DNA of 40,108 nucleotides from a virus. Its lineage: Duplodnaviria > Caudoviricetes. The position numbers and the translations under genes are program-made. The stretch lies in the IMG/VR virus record IMGVR_UViG_3300033067_001333, positions 1 through 40,108 of that record; one strand, written 5' to 3'. The notes under the pieces were generated by a model, which was given only the letters and a program-made list of their open reading frames with translations, made no database searches and was not told where the DNA came from. How positions within the stretch are numbered: position 1 is the first letter of the stretch; each line of letters begins with the position of its first letter. Shown here piece after piece: positions 16,400 to 23,891 of the stretch.

Positions 16400-16717
16400 T
16401 TAATTAAGACCAGTTTCTTCTTGTTTGCTCTTCTCTTGCATTTTCTTCTTATATTCTGCGTATTCTTTTTCTCTTAGTTTTGTTACTCCGCATACACGGG
16501 ATGTGAAACCATGATCATTCACATTTGTCACCTGAAACATAAATCCCTTCCACGGGAAATACTCTCCAATGATTACCGGATACGCCTTCTTAACTGGTTC
16601 TTGAATAGGTCTTTCTTCTGATAGTTTCTCTGAAGATATCTCTTGTGCCGCTTCAACTTTTTTAACTTGTGGCACAGGATCAAAATCCTTTTTTTTAAAC
16701 AAATCTTTTATTCCCAT
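16400..16717 (-). CDS. Hypothetical protein
   Basis: 105-aa ORF within the operon. Confidence 0.65.
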   Translation of the reverse strand: MGIKDLFKKKDFDPVPQVKKVEAAQEISSEKLSEERPIQEPVKKAYPVIIGEYFPWKGFMFQVTNVNDHGFTSRVCGVTKLREKEYAEYKKKMQEKSKQEETGLN

Positions 16718-16718
16718 C

Positions 16719-17138
16719 TTATAACCCCTTCCTCGCAGATATTTTGTCTGCTTCTGTTAGTAATTCAGCCACTTCTTCATCCTCAACCCATCTTTTTGGT
16801 TGGCATCCATGCGGACAAGATGCCTTTGGAGTTGATCCCCATAAACGGCAAACCAGGGGGCGAATATCATAAACACTACAAACCCCTTTCGTTCGATCAA
16901 GAAATGGGCAGATGTAATCCGCCGCCGCTTCGTTTTGGAACTTTTCCAATGGCATCCCCGTTCGCTCTTGCAACCGTAACCATTCAATGCGACTCATAAG
17001 TATCGGTCCGCAGCATTCCTGGCAAAGACCTTTGCAGTCAAGTTCTGGTAACCTTGAATACAAAGCATCAACCTCTTTATAGTTGTCACTATTAGAAGCA
17101 AAAAGAAATTTGACTTTACTTACGAATGTTTTAAACAT
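16719..17138 (-). CDS. YkgJ-family Cys-cluster (Zn/Fe-chelating) protein
   Basis: CKGLCQECCG...CPFL.....CSVYDIRPLVCRLWG. Confidence 0.85.
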   Translation of the reverse strand: MFKTFVSKVKFLFASNSDNYKEVDALYSRLPELDCKGLCQECCGPILMSRIEWLRLQERTGMPLEKFQNEAAADYICPFLDRTKGVCSVYDIRPLVCRLWGSTPKASCPHGCQPKRWVEDEEVAELLTEADKISARKGL

Positions 17139-17140
17139 GT

Positions 17141-17404
17141 TTACTGGGCTGGAGTAACCGTCTCTACTACTTCCTCATAAAGATCCTTAAATACATGTTC
17201 TTTAACAGGGTAACATTCACCACTAGGCAACTGAACAACCCAATCGCCGTCTTCCAGCTTCACTTCCCCGCTTAAAGTATGGACAAAAGGTTTCCCCTTA
17301 AAATGTTCATTGCTGATACATACTCCAGTTGGCCAATTTGGGTTACTGTTAAAAAACTGCCCAGCTTTAACAACAATTGGTTTTTTTATAAATAACATGT
17401 TCAC
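17141..17404 (-). CDS. PGDYG-like phage protein
   Basis: KKPIVVKAGQF...TLSG....EDGDWVV...GECYPVKEHVFKDLYE. Confidence 0.7.
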   Translation of the reverse strand: MNMLFIKKPIVVKAGQFFNSNPNWPTGVCISNEHFKGKPFVHTLSGEVKLEDGDWVVQLPSGECYPVKEHVFKDLYEEVVETVTPAQ

Positions 17405-17408
17405 TCCT

Positions 17409-17660
17409 TTAACTATTCTTTTTTAAAATCAAATCAATGTTTGCCAGCGCACAACGAAGATTTGCGATAACTATTTGATACTCTAGACATGCACTGTTAG
17501 TTGTTTGCAAAAATTCCGCCCTGTCTATAACAGCTAAGATAACATCGCTCAATGTCGCACCGGCTTCTGACCAATCGATGGAAATCCCATTAACAGTTGT
17601 TTTTCCACCGACGGGGTTCCCAGCATCTGTAACCTCGTGAAATCCAATTATGTTTTTCAT
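17409..17660 (-). CDS. Tad1-like protein, C-terminally short
   Basis: GNPVGG...GATLSDVILAVIDRAEFLQ...ACLE...AL resembles the Tad1 helical core as I recall it. Confidence 0.55.
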   Translation of the reverse strand: MKNIIGFHEVTDAGNPVGGKTTVNGISIDWSEAGATLSDVILAVIDRAEFLQTTNSACLEYQIVIANLRCALANIDLILKKNS

Positions 17661-17662
17661 GA

Positions 17663-17893
17663 TTAATTACTTTTCTCCTTAATTTCTTTTAAATATTCAC
17701 GTTCAAATCTATTCACGCACTCAACGTGGAAGTTGATTTGCTTACCGTCTTTTATGAGCATCTCCCACGAATGCACGTTTAAAATTAGTTTTCGGCATAT
17801 TGCACACCAATCAGCTTCCCCACCAACGCTTTCCTCTATTGAAAACTTTTTAAACTCTTCCCATATTGCACTAGTAAAATCATCTCTATCCAA
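17663..17893 (-). CDS. Zinc-binding hypothetical protein
   Basis: CAIC...FHVEC. TTG start. Confidence 0.6.
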   Translation of the reverse strand: MDRDDFTSAIWEEFKKFSIEESVGGEADWCAICRKLILNVHSWEMLIKDGKQINFHVECVNRFEREYLKEIKEKSN

Positions 17894-18230
17894 TTTTTTT
17901 TACCTTCTCTTTCCCGTATCGCTCCACGGCTTCTCTTAGCAGCTTAATTTTCAACTCTTCATACCTTTCGTTTTTTATCGACTTAGGCATAAATTCTCTA
18001 ATTGAGTTTTCAATGCGCGACAGCTTCACCTCTTTTAAATCTTCCGAGAATAAGTTCCTTATGCCTTTTACAATCGCATCAAAACTCATCCCTTTTTTGC
18101 TTATTTCGCTAACTAAAAGAGCTTTTTTTGGTGCCGCTAATGGTCGGTCCTGAAACATAAAAAGCTTTTCTAGTTCATTCCCAACAGCAACCTTCTCTTC
18201 ATCGCTTAAGCATGTTATTAACGCGCTCAT
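17886..18230 (-). CDS. Putative helicase loader/inhibitor-position protein
   Basis: Helical 114 aa, overlapping the end of the replication initiator. GGAG SD. Function inferred from synteny only. Confidence 0.45.
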   Translation of the reverse strand: MSALITCLSDEEKVAVGNELEKLFMFQDRPLAAPKKALLVSEISKKGMSFDAIVKGIRNLFSEDLKEVKLSRIENSIREFMPKSIKNERYEELKIKLLREAVERYGKEKVKKIG

Positions 18231-19092
18231 TTTGCTCCTCCGCTAACCGTATTTCTCGCATAGCATCATTTTCTCTAACAACTTTACTTTTAGGATCCGC
18301 TGTAAGAAGTATTGAATTCCACTGAGAAGAAAGTTTTTCAATTGTGAAATCTGCCCATCCACCCCGTGTAAACCACACCGACCTGTCCCTGCACATGGCT
18401 CCAAGGGTTTTTGTTTTAGAAATGACAGTGTCGTAACCGTGTTTTTTTATAAGCCTTTGCACGATGATAAACTGCTCTTTCTTGAACTCAAACGGCTCCC
18501 CAGTCATAGACTCGTATGACTTCTTAAATCTCTCCATGAATTCAACATGTGAAGATTTCGATGCACTCTCCGTCACGTCATTTGTGACGGGAACAATCTC
18601 TTCCTCAATCCCATTCTTCTCAGTTTGCTTAATCCCACTTACTTGGTTAGGTTTGGTTAGGTTAGGTATGGTTAGGTTAGGTGTACTGTTCTTAGCTACG
18701 TTCTTTGAACCGTTGTAATACAGGTTCTTGATTGTTTGCCATCGCTCAGGTTGATGTTTGTACTTTATCTGTAAAAACATCCCTATCCTATCCCACCAGT
18801 CGTGGACGCGAAAATATGGTAAACGGTCAATAAATCCCGACGCGGACTCACCCCCACAATTTACCATCGCTTCCACAAAACGCTTTGCGTCATCTGAGTT
18901 CAACCCAACTACAGATCCGATTAAAGCGTCGTTATACTTTCGGAGATCACCGTCTTGGGCGTAGTCCACACACCACCACCAAAATCGGTGAAGTTTTCCG
19001 ATAGTTTCATCTAACCCCCATCCCATCAAAACCATGAGCCGTAAAGTCTTTGGGTGTCTCTCAAGTTCTTGATGTGATTCAATCCAAGCCAT
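18199..19092 (-). CDS. Replication initiator (replisome-organiser type)
   Basis: MAWIESHQELERHPK...LHRFWWW...DGDL...HDW N-terminal domain, with a PNLT-repeat linker encoded by iteron-like DNA. Confidence 0.8.
   Translation of the reverse strand: MAWIESHQELERHPKTLRLMVLMGWGLDETIGKLHRFWWWCVDYAQDGDLRKYNDALIGSVVGLNSDDAKRFVEAMVNCGGESASGFIDRLPYFRVHDWWDRIGMFLQIKYKHQPERWQTIKNLYYNGSKNVAKNSTPNLTIPNLTKPNQVSGIKQTEKNGIEEEIVPVTNDVTESASKSSHVEFMERFKKSYESMTGEPFEFKKEQFIIVQRLIKKHGYDTVISKTKTLGAMCRDRSVWFTRGGWADFTIEKLSSQWNSILLTADPKSKVVRENDAMREIRLAEEQNERVNNMLKR
18570..18729. repeat. Putative replication origin (iterons)
   Basis: Eight tandem WWGGT pentamers (18643..18682), GTT(C/G)T(T/A) at exact 12-bp spacing (18688, 18700, 18712, 18724), and the inverted repeat CCGTCAC/GTGACGG (18570..18590). 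Confidence 0.7.
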
Positions 19093-19360
19093 TTTTTACC
19101 CTTTCACAACCTTCGCAATAAAAGCCTGGCTTATCACTCAATCGCTCTGAATAATCAAACGGATGAAATGGGCAAGCCAACTTGTTAGATCGAAGGTAAT
19201 TTAGATGATCTACGCAGCATGGGAATTGAAAAGGATTTGTTCTTGCATTAACAAGAACATCTCCATTTTCGACATGCAATTCATGACAAGCATCACAAGA
19301 ATTGCACTCATGCTCGTAACTCACCAAAGCTGATCTGTACAAAAATATCTCACGATCCAT
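19079..19360 (-). CDS. Cys-rich hypothetical protein
   Basis: CxxCxxC, CC, CPFH, CxxC. Confidence 0.6.
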   Translation of the reverse strand: MDREIFLYRSALVSYEHECNSCDACHELHVENGDVLVNARTNPFQFPCCVDHLNYLRSNKLACPFHPFDYSERLSDKPGFYCEGCERVKNGLD

Positions 19361-19457
19361 GTTTGATCACAAAAAACAAAGAAATAACCACATTGGCTGC
19401 TAAAGTAATCCAAAAATATGCCGTCGTGAAATAATGAAAATCTATTGGTTGAATCAT
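19350..19457 (-). CDS. 35-aa membrane peptide
   Basis: MIQPIDFHYFTTAYFWITLAANVVISLFFVIKHGS. ATGA overlap, fills the gap between neighbours. Confidence 0.5.
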   Translation of the reverse strand: MIQPIDFHYFTTAYFWITLAANVVISLFFVIKHGS

Positions 19458-19696
19458 AAAATCCCTCTTTCAAATAACTCATTCTCTGTAGTAGTCAGCT
19501 CATTTATAACGTTGTCAAAATCCAAGCTAACAACTTCATGGTTAGGAAAATTGTCCCGATGCATTCTTAATTCAGCTTCGTAAAATATTCTTCCACTGCC
19601 ATTTTTAACACACGTCTCACAAACTCCCATAAGACCCCCTAATGAAGATTTATTTTGTTTGCTCAATACGCTTAATATCTGTTTTCCAATAGTCAA
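19454..19696 (-). CDS. Small C2H2-like hypothetical protein
   Basis: CETC...H....PNH. Real start is probably the ATG at 19630. Confidence 0.55.
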   Translation of the reverse strand: MTIGKQILSVLSKQNKSSLGGLMGVCETCVKNGSGRIFYEAELRMHRDNFPNHEVVSLDFDNVINELTTTENELFERGIL

Positions 19697-20618
19697 CCGG
19701 AGGAACTTCGTATGCGTCCCTATGGTGATTCTTTCCTATTATCAGGAAATTCCCGGCAATCCCCTTTGAAACACCTGCCACTCTTTTCTTAATGGATTTA
19801 TCCAACTCTTCGTATCTCGTTTTTGTGCTTTTTAATTTCTCTCTTTCCTCTAAATCAGAAATTAAAACATCATCTGTTAAGATGTTTGCTTCATCCCTAA
19901 CGATGTCTTGCAAGCAAATAGTTGAAAAATCACAATGTCCACACACATCTTCTTTGTACTGAATTCTCTCTGGGAGCATTTTTAGACCTAAATGTTTCTG
20001 AACATTTTCTAACCGTTGGAGCATGTGTTCACATTCAGCGTAATCGAGATACAAAACAAACCATTTCTTCCCACCAAGACAATTTGTTAGTCCAAACAAC
20101 CCATATTCTTTCCCGTGCCCGTATAAGTACATCATCAACTGCCGTGTGTATTTTCTAAGCCATGGCTTCTTTTGGAAATCCTCAATTGAGTTAACGTGTT
20201 CGTAAATATTTGGGTGCATTGATTTAAACTCGACAGGTATTTTTTCTCCTCCCCACTTAATAAATCCATCGATTCTTCCTGTTGCCAGTAATACATCCCC
20301 ACGCCCTTTAACTTGAATCGCTTCCTGTCCACCAACAAAGTCAAATCCCATATCAAGAAGCTCACGAACCATCTCTCTTTCCATTATGTTCCCGACTTCA
20401 AAACGTGCTAGCAATTCAGTGTCAGCAAGTTTTTTATCTCTCCAATTCGTTACGCCATAAACGATCTGACGATCACAATCTCCTAAATCGGAAAGTATTG
20501 GGTTATTTCGTGGGTACGCAGACGATTTCTCATTTAGTCGTTGTATGCGTCGTTTTACTAGCTCGTCTTTCAACGACTCGACTGGGGGAATTATTAACGA
20601 TAGGGCGGGCTCGCTCAT
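19650..20618 (-). CDS. Cas4-like PD-(D/E)XK exonuclease
   Basis: SDLGDCDR, GRIDG, VEFKS, QLMMY, CGHCDFSTIC (1+3 Cys Fe-S pattern). Confidence 0.85.
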   Translation of the reverse strand: MSEPALSLIIPPVESLKDELVKRRIQRLNEKSSAYPRNNPILSDLGDCDRQIVYGVTNWRDKKLADTELLARFEVGNIMEREMVRELLDMGFDFVGGQEAIQVKGRGDVLLATGRIDGFIKWGGEKIPVEFKSMHPNIYEHVNSIEDFQKKPWLRKYTRQLMMYLYGHGKEYGLFGLTNCLGGKKWFVLYLDYAECEHMLQRLENVQKHLGLKMLPERIQYKEDVCGHCDFSTICLQDIVRDEANILTDDVLISDLEEREKLKSTKTRYEELDKSIKKRVAGVSKGIAGNFLIIGKNHHRDAYEVPPVDYWKTDIKRIEQTK

Positions 20619-21592
20619 AGCGCGATAACCTCTACCAAGTCTTGGATGTTTTTATAGACAACGCCGTTTTTCTCTTGAGTCAAATACTTCACCTTAACTC
20701 GACTCCCATCCAAATAAGCCTTAGTCAATTTTTCTGTAATAGGATCATCAGGTGGGCCACTTCTGTAATAAACAGAATTTTGTTCATCGTAAAACTTTGT
20801 ATACATATGACCAGTAGCAGACTTCCCTTCTTCGACCTTTGTCGGGTTAAAAGAAAGCTCAACAAGTTCAGTTTTAGGCTTGTCTACTGCTGGCTTACTG
20901 GAATACTTTTCCTTCACATCAACAGTATTGGTTTGCGGAAAAGATTTTCCCCCTGTCGCTTCTCTAACATCCTTAAAGTTGACGTAATGTACCTGGTCTA
21001 ATTTGAACCCTAACTCCTGCAGTTTTAATAAGGGGATTTTTCTAAGCCCAAGTAATCGACGAATTCCATCCTTTTGGCATTCACGCTGAGCAGCTTTCCT
21101 GACGTGATCCTCTCTAATGTCAGTCAGTTCTTTCCATGCTCCATTCTCGTAACCGAAAAATTTGTTTTTTGTGCTAGCTTCCCCGTAAGCATGAACGCTT
21201 CTGCCACCAAGAACAAAATCTGCTTCGTATCGATAACTATAATGCTTGCCATCATCCATGATCTGCTTTGGAAATTCTTTCCAATTCTTTTCTGAAATCC
21301 CCAAAATGACAGCCACTCTCTCGCAGCCCGCTCCAGATAAGCTGGCTGACCTTAGATGAATGGCGTCTCGTTCTCTTGAATGGCAGACCCAATCACCTGC
21401 ATACGTCCTTTTCATGACTGCTGACATAATTGTGGTTAAAGCTTTGTCATAGGCCTCCATCTTATTTGCAGCCTTTATCATGCTATCCATCGCATCTAAG
21501 CTGATGGCTTCGTCTTGTATAAGCAAAGATTGATCTGCTGTGTTTTCTTGCTCTAGCTCTGCTCCTTCCATTACTTCAATTGCGTCTTTCAT
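20615..21592 (-). CDS. Putative single-strand annealing/recombination protein with C-terminal OB-like domain
   Basis: Coupled to the exonuclease. LSGAGCERVA...YRYE...GEAST...VRKAAQ alpha/beta core and a beta-rich C-terminus. Confidence 0.5.
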   Translation of the reverse strand: MKDAIEVMEGAELEQENTADQSLLIQDEAISLDAMDSMIKAANKMEAYDKALTTIMSAVMKRTYAGDWVCHSRERDAIHLRSASLSGAGCERVAVILGISEKNWKEFPKQIMDDGKHYSYRYEADFVLGGRSVHAYGEASTKNKFFGYENGAWKELTDIREDHVRKAAQRECQKDGIRRLLGLRKIPLLKLQELGFKLDQVHYVNFKDVREATGGKSFPQTNTVDVKEKYSSKPAVDKPKTELVELSFNPTKVEEGKSATGHMYTKFYDEQNSVYYRSGPPDDPITEKLTKAYLDGSRVKVKYLTQEKNGVVYKNIQDLVEVIAL

Positions 21593-21609
21593 AGTTTTCT
21601 CCCCGTTAC

Positions 21610-21924
21610 TTAGATAAATAGCGCTTGCCCATGTTCGTCATAGTTGAACTGGATCAATGGCGATGGCTTTGATAATCGGTATTCGTAAAGGCCTGAAGAA
21701 CGCTCGCCTCTACTTCGTCGCTCTACGACATATCCACCAAAAACTGGCTTTCTTAAATTTCTTAATTGTGCAGATATGCTCGCTTCGTGGTCACTTGTGA
21801 TTTGTGCGATTTCGGCTAACGTTCTCCAGTTGCCATCAATCATGCAGTTGTAAACGCGGCCTAATTGTTTTTTTAAACGAGATTGGTCGTAGGCAGGGTC
21901 GTAGGTTGAACCATTAAAAATCAT
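21610..21924 (-). CDS. Winged-helix DNA-binding protein
   Basis: DGNWRTLAEIAQ...EASISAQLRNLRK...YEYRL. GGAGGTGA SD before the ATG at 21924. Confidence 0.75.
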   Translation of the reverse strand: MIFNGSTYDPAYDQSRLKKQLGRVYNCMIDGNWRTLAEIAQITSDHEASISAQLRNLRKPVFGGYVVERRSRGERSSGLYEYRLSKPSPLIQFNYDEHGQALFI

Positions 21925-22124
21925 AGCGTCACCTCCGGAGCATCCTTGACTAAGGTCCACACCTTAAATCCGTTCCACTCATTCAAGGCGTCTTGGAATG
22001 ACACTTCGCTGGATGTGTTAAATCCGCATTCTGAACACTGGATGATTTTAAATGTCCCATCATTTCCAGCTTTGACACGAATATGTTTTGAGGATAAGCA
22101 TCTAACACAGGGGCGGATTTTCAT
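21921..22124 (-). CDS. Lar-family restriction-alleviation-like zinc ribbon
   Basis: RPCVRC...IQCSECG...ALNEWN. First gene of the early operon. Confidence 0.65.
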   Translation of the reverse strand: MKIRPCVRCLSSKHIRVKAGNDGTFKIIQCSECGFNTSSEVSFQDALNEWNGFKVWTLVKDAPEVTL

Positions 22125-22140
22125 ATAGCCCCCGTAAATG

Positions 22141-22182
22141 ACAATGCCCCACCACACGTTTTAATGTGTAGTGAGGCATTGT
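22141..22182 (-). promoter_or_regulatory. 17-bp stem-loop between the tRNA and the first early gene
   Basis: ACAATGCCTCACTACAC-ATTAAAAC-GTGTGGTGGGGCATTGT. The two mismatches are G-U pairs only on the minus strand. Confidence 0.65.
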
Positions 22183-22225
22183 TAAGACGGTCCGTTATCC
22201 GGGCCGAATGGATGGGAAAGTTGAA

Positions 22226-22297
22226 TGGGCAGCACAGGGATTGAACCTGTGACCCCCGTCGTGTGAGGACGGTGCTCTGCCGCTGAGCTAGCTGCCC
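22226..22297 (-). tRNA. trnV: tRNA-Val (anticodon CAC), CCA not encoded
   Basis: GGGCAGC/GCTGCCC acceptor stem, GCTC/GAGC D stem, CCGTC-CTCACAC-GACGG anticodon arm, ACAGG-TTCAATC-CCTGT T arm, discriminator A. Confidence 0.95.
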
Positions 22298-22400
22298 TTC
22301 ATTTAAGGCATTAGCTTCGCAGTGTTCGTTCGCGTGTGAGGCGATATACCTCTCGCTATTCGTCATATCTCTTGATCTCCTATTTTTTTGGGTAGGCTAG

Positions 22401-22423
22401 AAATAAAACGGCCCTGGAGGGCC
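22401..22423 (-). terminator. Putative intrinsic terminator 2 in the early leader
   Basis: GGCCC-TCCA-GGGCC followed by GTTTTATTT. Confidence 0.5.
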
Positions 22424-22463
22424 ACTTCAATTGTCTGCGAGACGATATCGGGCCACAGGGCGC

Positions 22464-22497
22464 AAAAAAACCACCCACCGTTTTCGGTGCATGGTTT
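22464..22497 (-). terminator. Intrinsic terminator 1, downstream of int and the early promoter
   Basis: CCATGCACCG-AAAA-CGGTGGGTGG followed by T7. Confidence 0.7.
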
Positions 22498-22534
22498 AAA
22501 TTTTGAATGTAAATAATATCGGCTCGCATGTGAA

Positions 22535-22565
22535 TATTATTACTCATAAGTTTTTTATTTGTCAA
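22535..22565 (-). promoter_or_regulatory. Sigma70-type early promoter
   Basis: TTGACA (22565..22560), N17-18, TAATAA/AATAAT, with an A/T-tract UP-like element upstream. Confidence 0.65.
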
Positions 22566-22580
22566 CATTTTTTTAAAAAA

Positions 22581-23528
22581 TTAATTTTCAGACAAATTAA
22601 ATTCTGGGATGTTTATGTTTGTAATAAATTCTTGTTCTAATTTCCTGGCAGCACTTTTCGCAACTTTCATAGGAGGATCCAAATAAACTTCTGTCATTGA
22701 AATATCTGCGTGACCTAAAAACTTTTGTATTGTTCGTATATCAATTCCTTTCATCAACAAATGCGTTGCGCCTGATCTTCTTAAATCTCTTAGTTGGAAA
22801 TCCACCCCTGAATCATTTTTTGCTCGCTGAAACCTTCTCCTCCAGTTTGTGAAATCACAAATATATTTATGAGTGGCCTTTGAGAAAATAATTTTCACCG
22901 TCAATGTCGCTGGCACATTATATGGGATCCCAGTTTTAGATTGTATGCCGCTAATAGTATCCAAGGCCTTGTTGAGATTCCCATCCTTTAATAAAGCGAT
23001 ATCCTTTCTTCTTAATAAGGTTAAAACAGCTAGCGTGCAAATCTTTCTAACTTCCGGGTGAGCATAATCACAGAATCTCACGAACTCCTCTGCGGTAACA
23101 ACGCGGTTTCGTTTGTACTTTCGCTCATTTTCTTTAGGAACAAGCTCTCCTGGATTCTCTTTTGGCAACTCCAATCTTGAAAAATCATACCCGTTAACCT
23201 TCCCTATGCGTTTCCATTCATAAAAAGCATTTATTACCCTGGTAATTCGTGTATGCTCCCTGTTTACAGAGGACCCTTTAATTAAAATATTTGTTGATTT
23301 CCTCCACCTCCTATAATTCTGCACATCGTTAGATGTTAAGTCGTGTACGAAATTATGCACAAAATATTCGGATATTCTTTTAAGGTCATACTTATGGCTT
23401 CTTCCTGGCAAATGTTTCCCTTCGATATCCCAATATATAGACAAACAATCCCTAAACGTAAGAAATTGTGGATTCCCAAATAATTCAAGTTGATGCGCTT
23501 CCATAATTCCACTCCATTTTGATCCCAA
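22581..23528 (-). CDS. int: Tyrosine recombinase/integrase
   Basis: LLRRKDI (R), QSKTG (K), RDLRRS (HxxR position), LGH, MTEVY (Y). Core-binding domain with SVNRE. 315 aa. Confidence 0.92.
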   Translation of the reverse strand: MGSKWSGIMEAHQLELFGNPQFLTFRDCLSIYWDIEGKHLPGRSHKYDLKRISEYFVHNFVHDLTSNDVQNYRRWRKSTNILIKGSSVNREHTRITRVINAFYEWKRIGKVNGYDFSRLELPKENPGELVPKENERKYKRNRVVTAEEFVRFCDYAHPEVRKICTLAVLTLLRRKDIALLKDGNLNKALDTISGIQSKTGIPYNVPATLTVKIIFSKATHKYICDFTNWRRRFQRAKNDSGVDFQLRDLRRSGATHLLMKGIDIRTIQKFLGHADISMTEVYLDPPMKVAKSAARKLEQEFITNINIPEFNLSEN

Positions 23529-23627
23529 GAATTAAAAAGGGGGCGCAAATTTAAGAAAATTGGATGATTAGTTACAGCACTAGTTAAAAGATTTATTTTT
23601 ATTTGTTTATTTATTTACAAAATCCCC

Positions 23628-23696
23628 TTGACACATTGTAGCTCATTGAGCTACAATTAAGCAATACTTGACCAGTAGCTCATTGCGCTATAGAAT
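23628..23696. promoter_or_regulatory. Overlapping promoters with two operators
   Basis: Perfect palindrome ATTGTAGCTCA-T-TGAGCTACAAT (23635..23657) and second copy GTAGCTCATTGCGCTAT (23675..23691). Plus strand TTGACA-N18-TACAAT and TTGACC-N17-TAGAAT. Minus strand TTGCTT-N18-TACAAT. Confidence 0.8.
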
Positions 23697-23702
23697 CGCC
23701 GG

Positions 23703-23882
23703 ATGAACAAAGCGCAATTTAAAAAGATTCGTCTATCGTTAAATATGAGCCAGCAAAAATTCGGTGAGATACTTGGATTTTCAAAAAAGTGGGCACGCAT
23801 GCGTGTCTCTGAAATGGAGTGCGGCAGAAAAAAAGTTTCAAAGCGTACAGAAGTCTTATGCGGGGTATTAACTAAAGTTTAG
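23703..23882 (+). CDS. XRE-family HTH regulator (59 aa), probable repressor
   Basis: MNKAQFKKIRLSLNMSQQKFGEILGFSKKWARMRVSEMECGRKKVSKRTEVLC. Below the ORF-track cutoff. Confidence 0.88.
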   Translation: MNKAQFKKIRLSLNMSQQKFGEILGFSKKWARMRVSEMECGRKKVSKRTEVLCGVLTKV

Positions 23883-23891
23883 GGAGGATAT

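Noticed and set aside
19650-20618. CRISPR-Cas locus suggested by the Cas4-like gene
   Set aside because: No repeat-spacer array or other cas genes. The context is phage recombination.
22380-22568. 62-aa minus-strand ORF after int
   Set aside because: It overlaps the promoter and both terminator hairpins and has no protein-like features.
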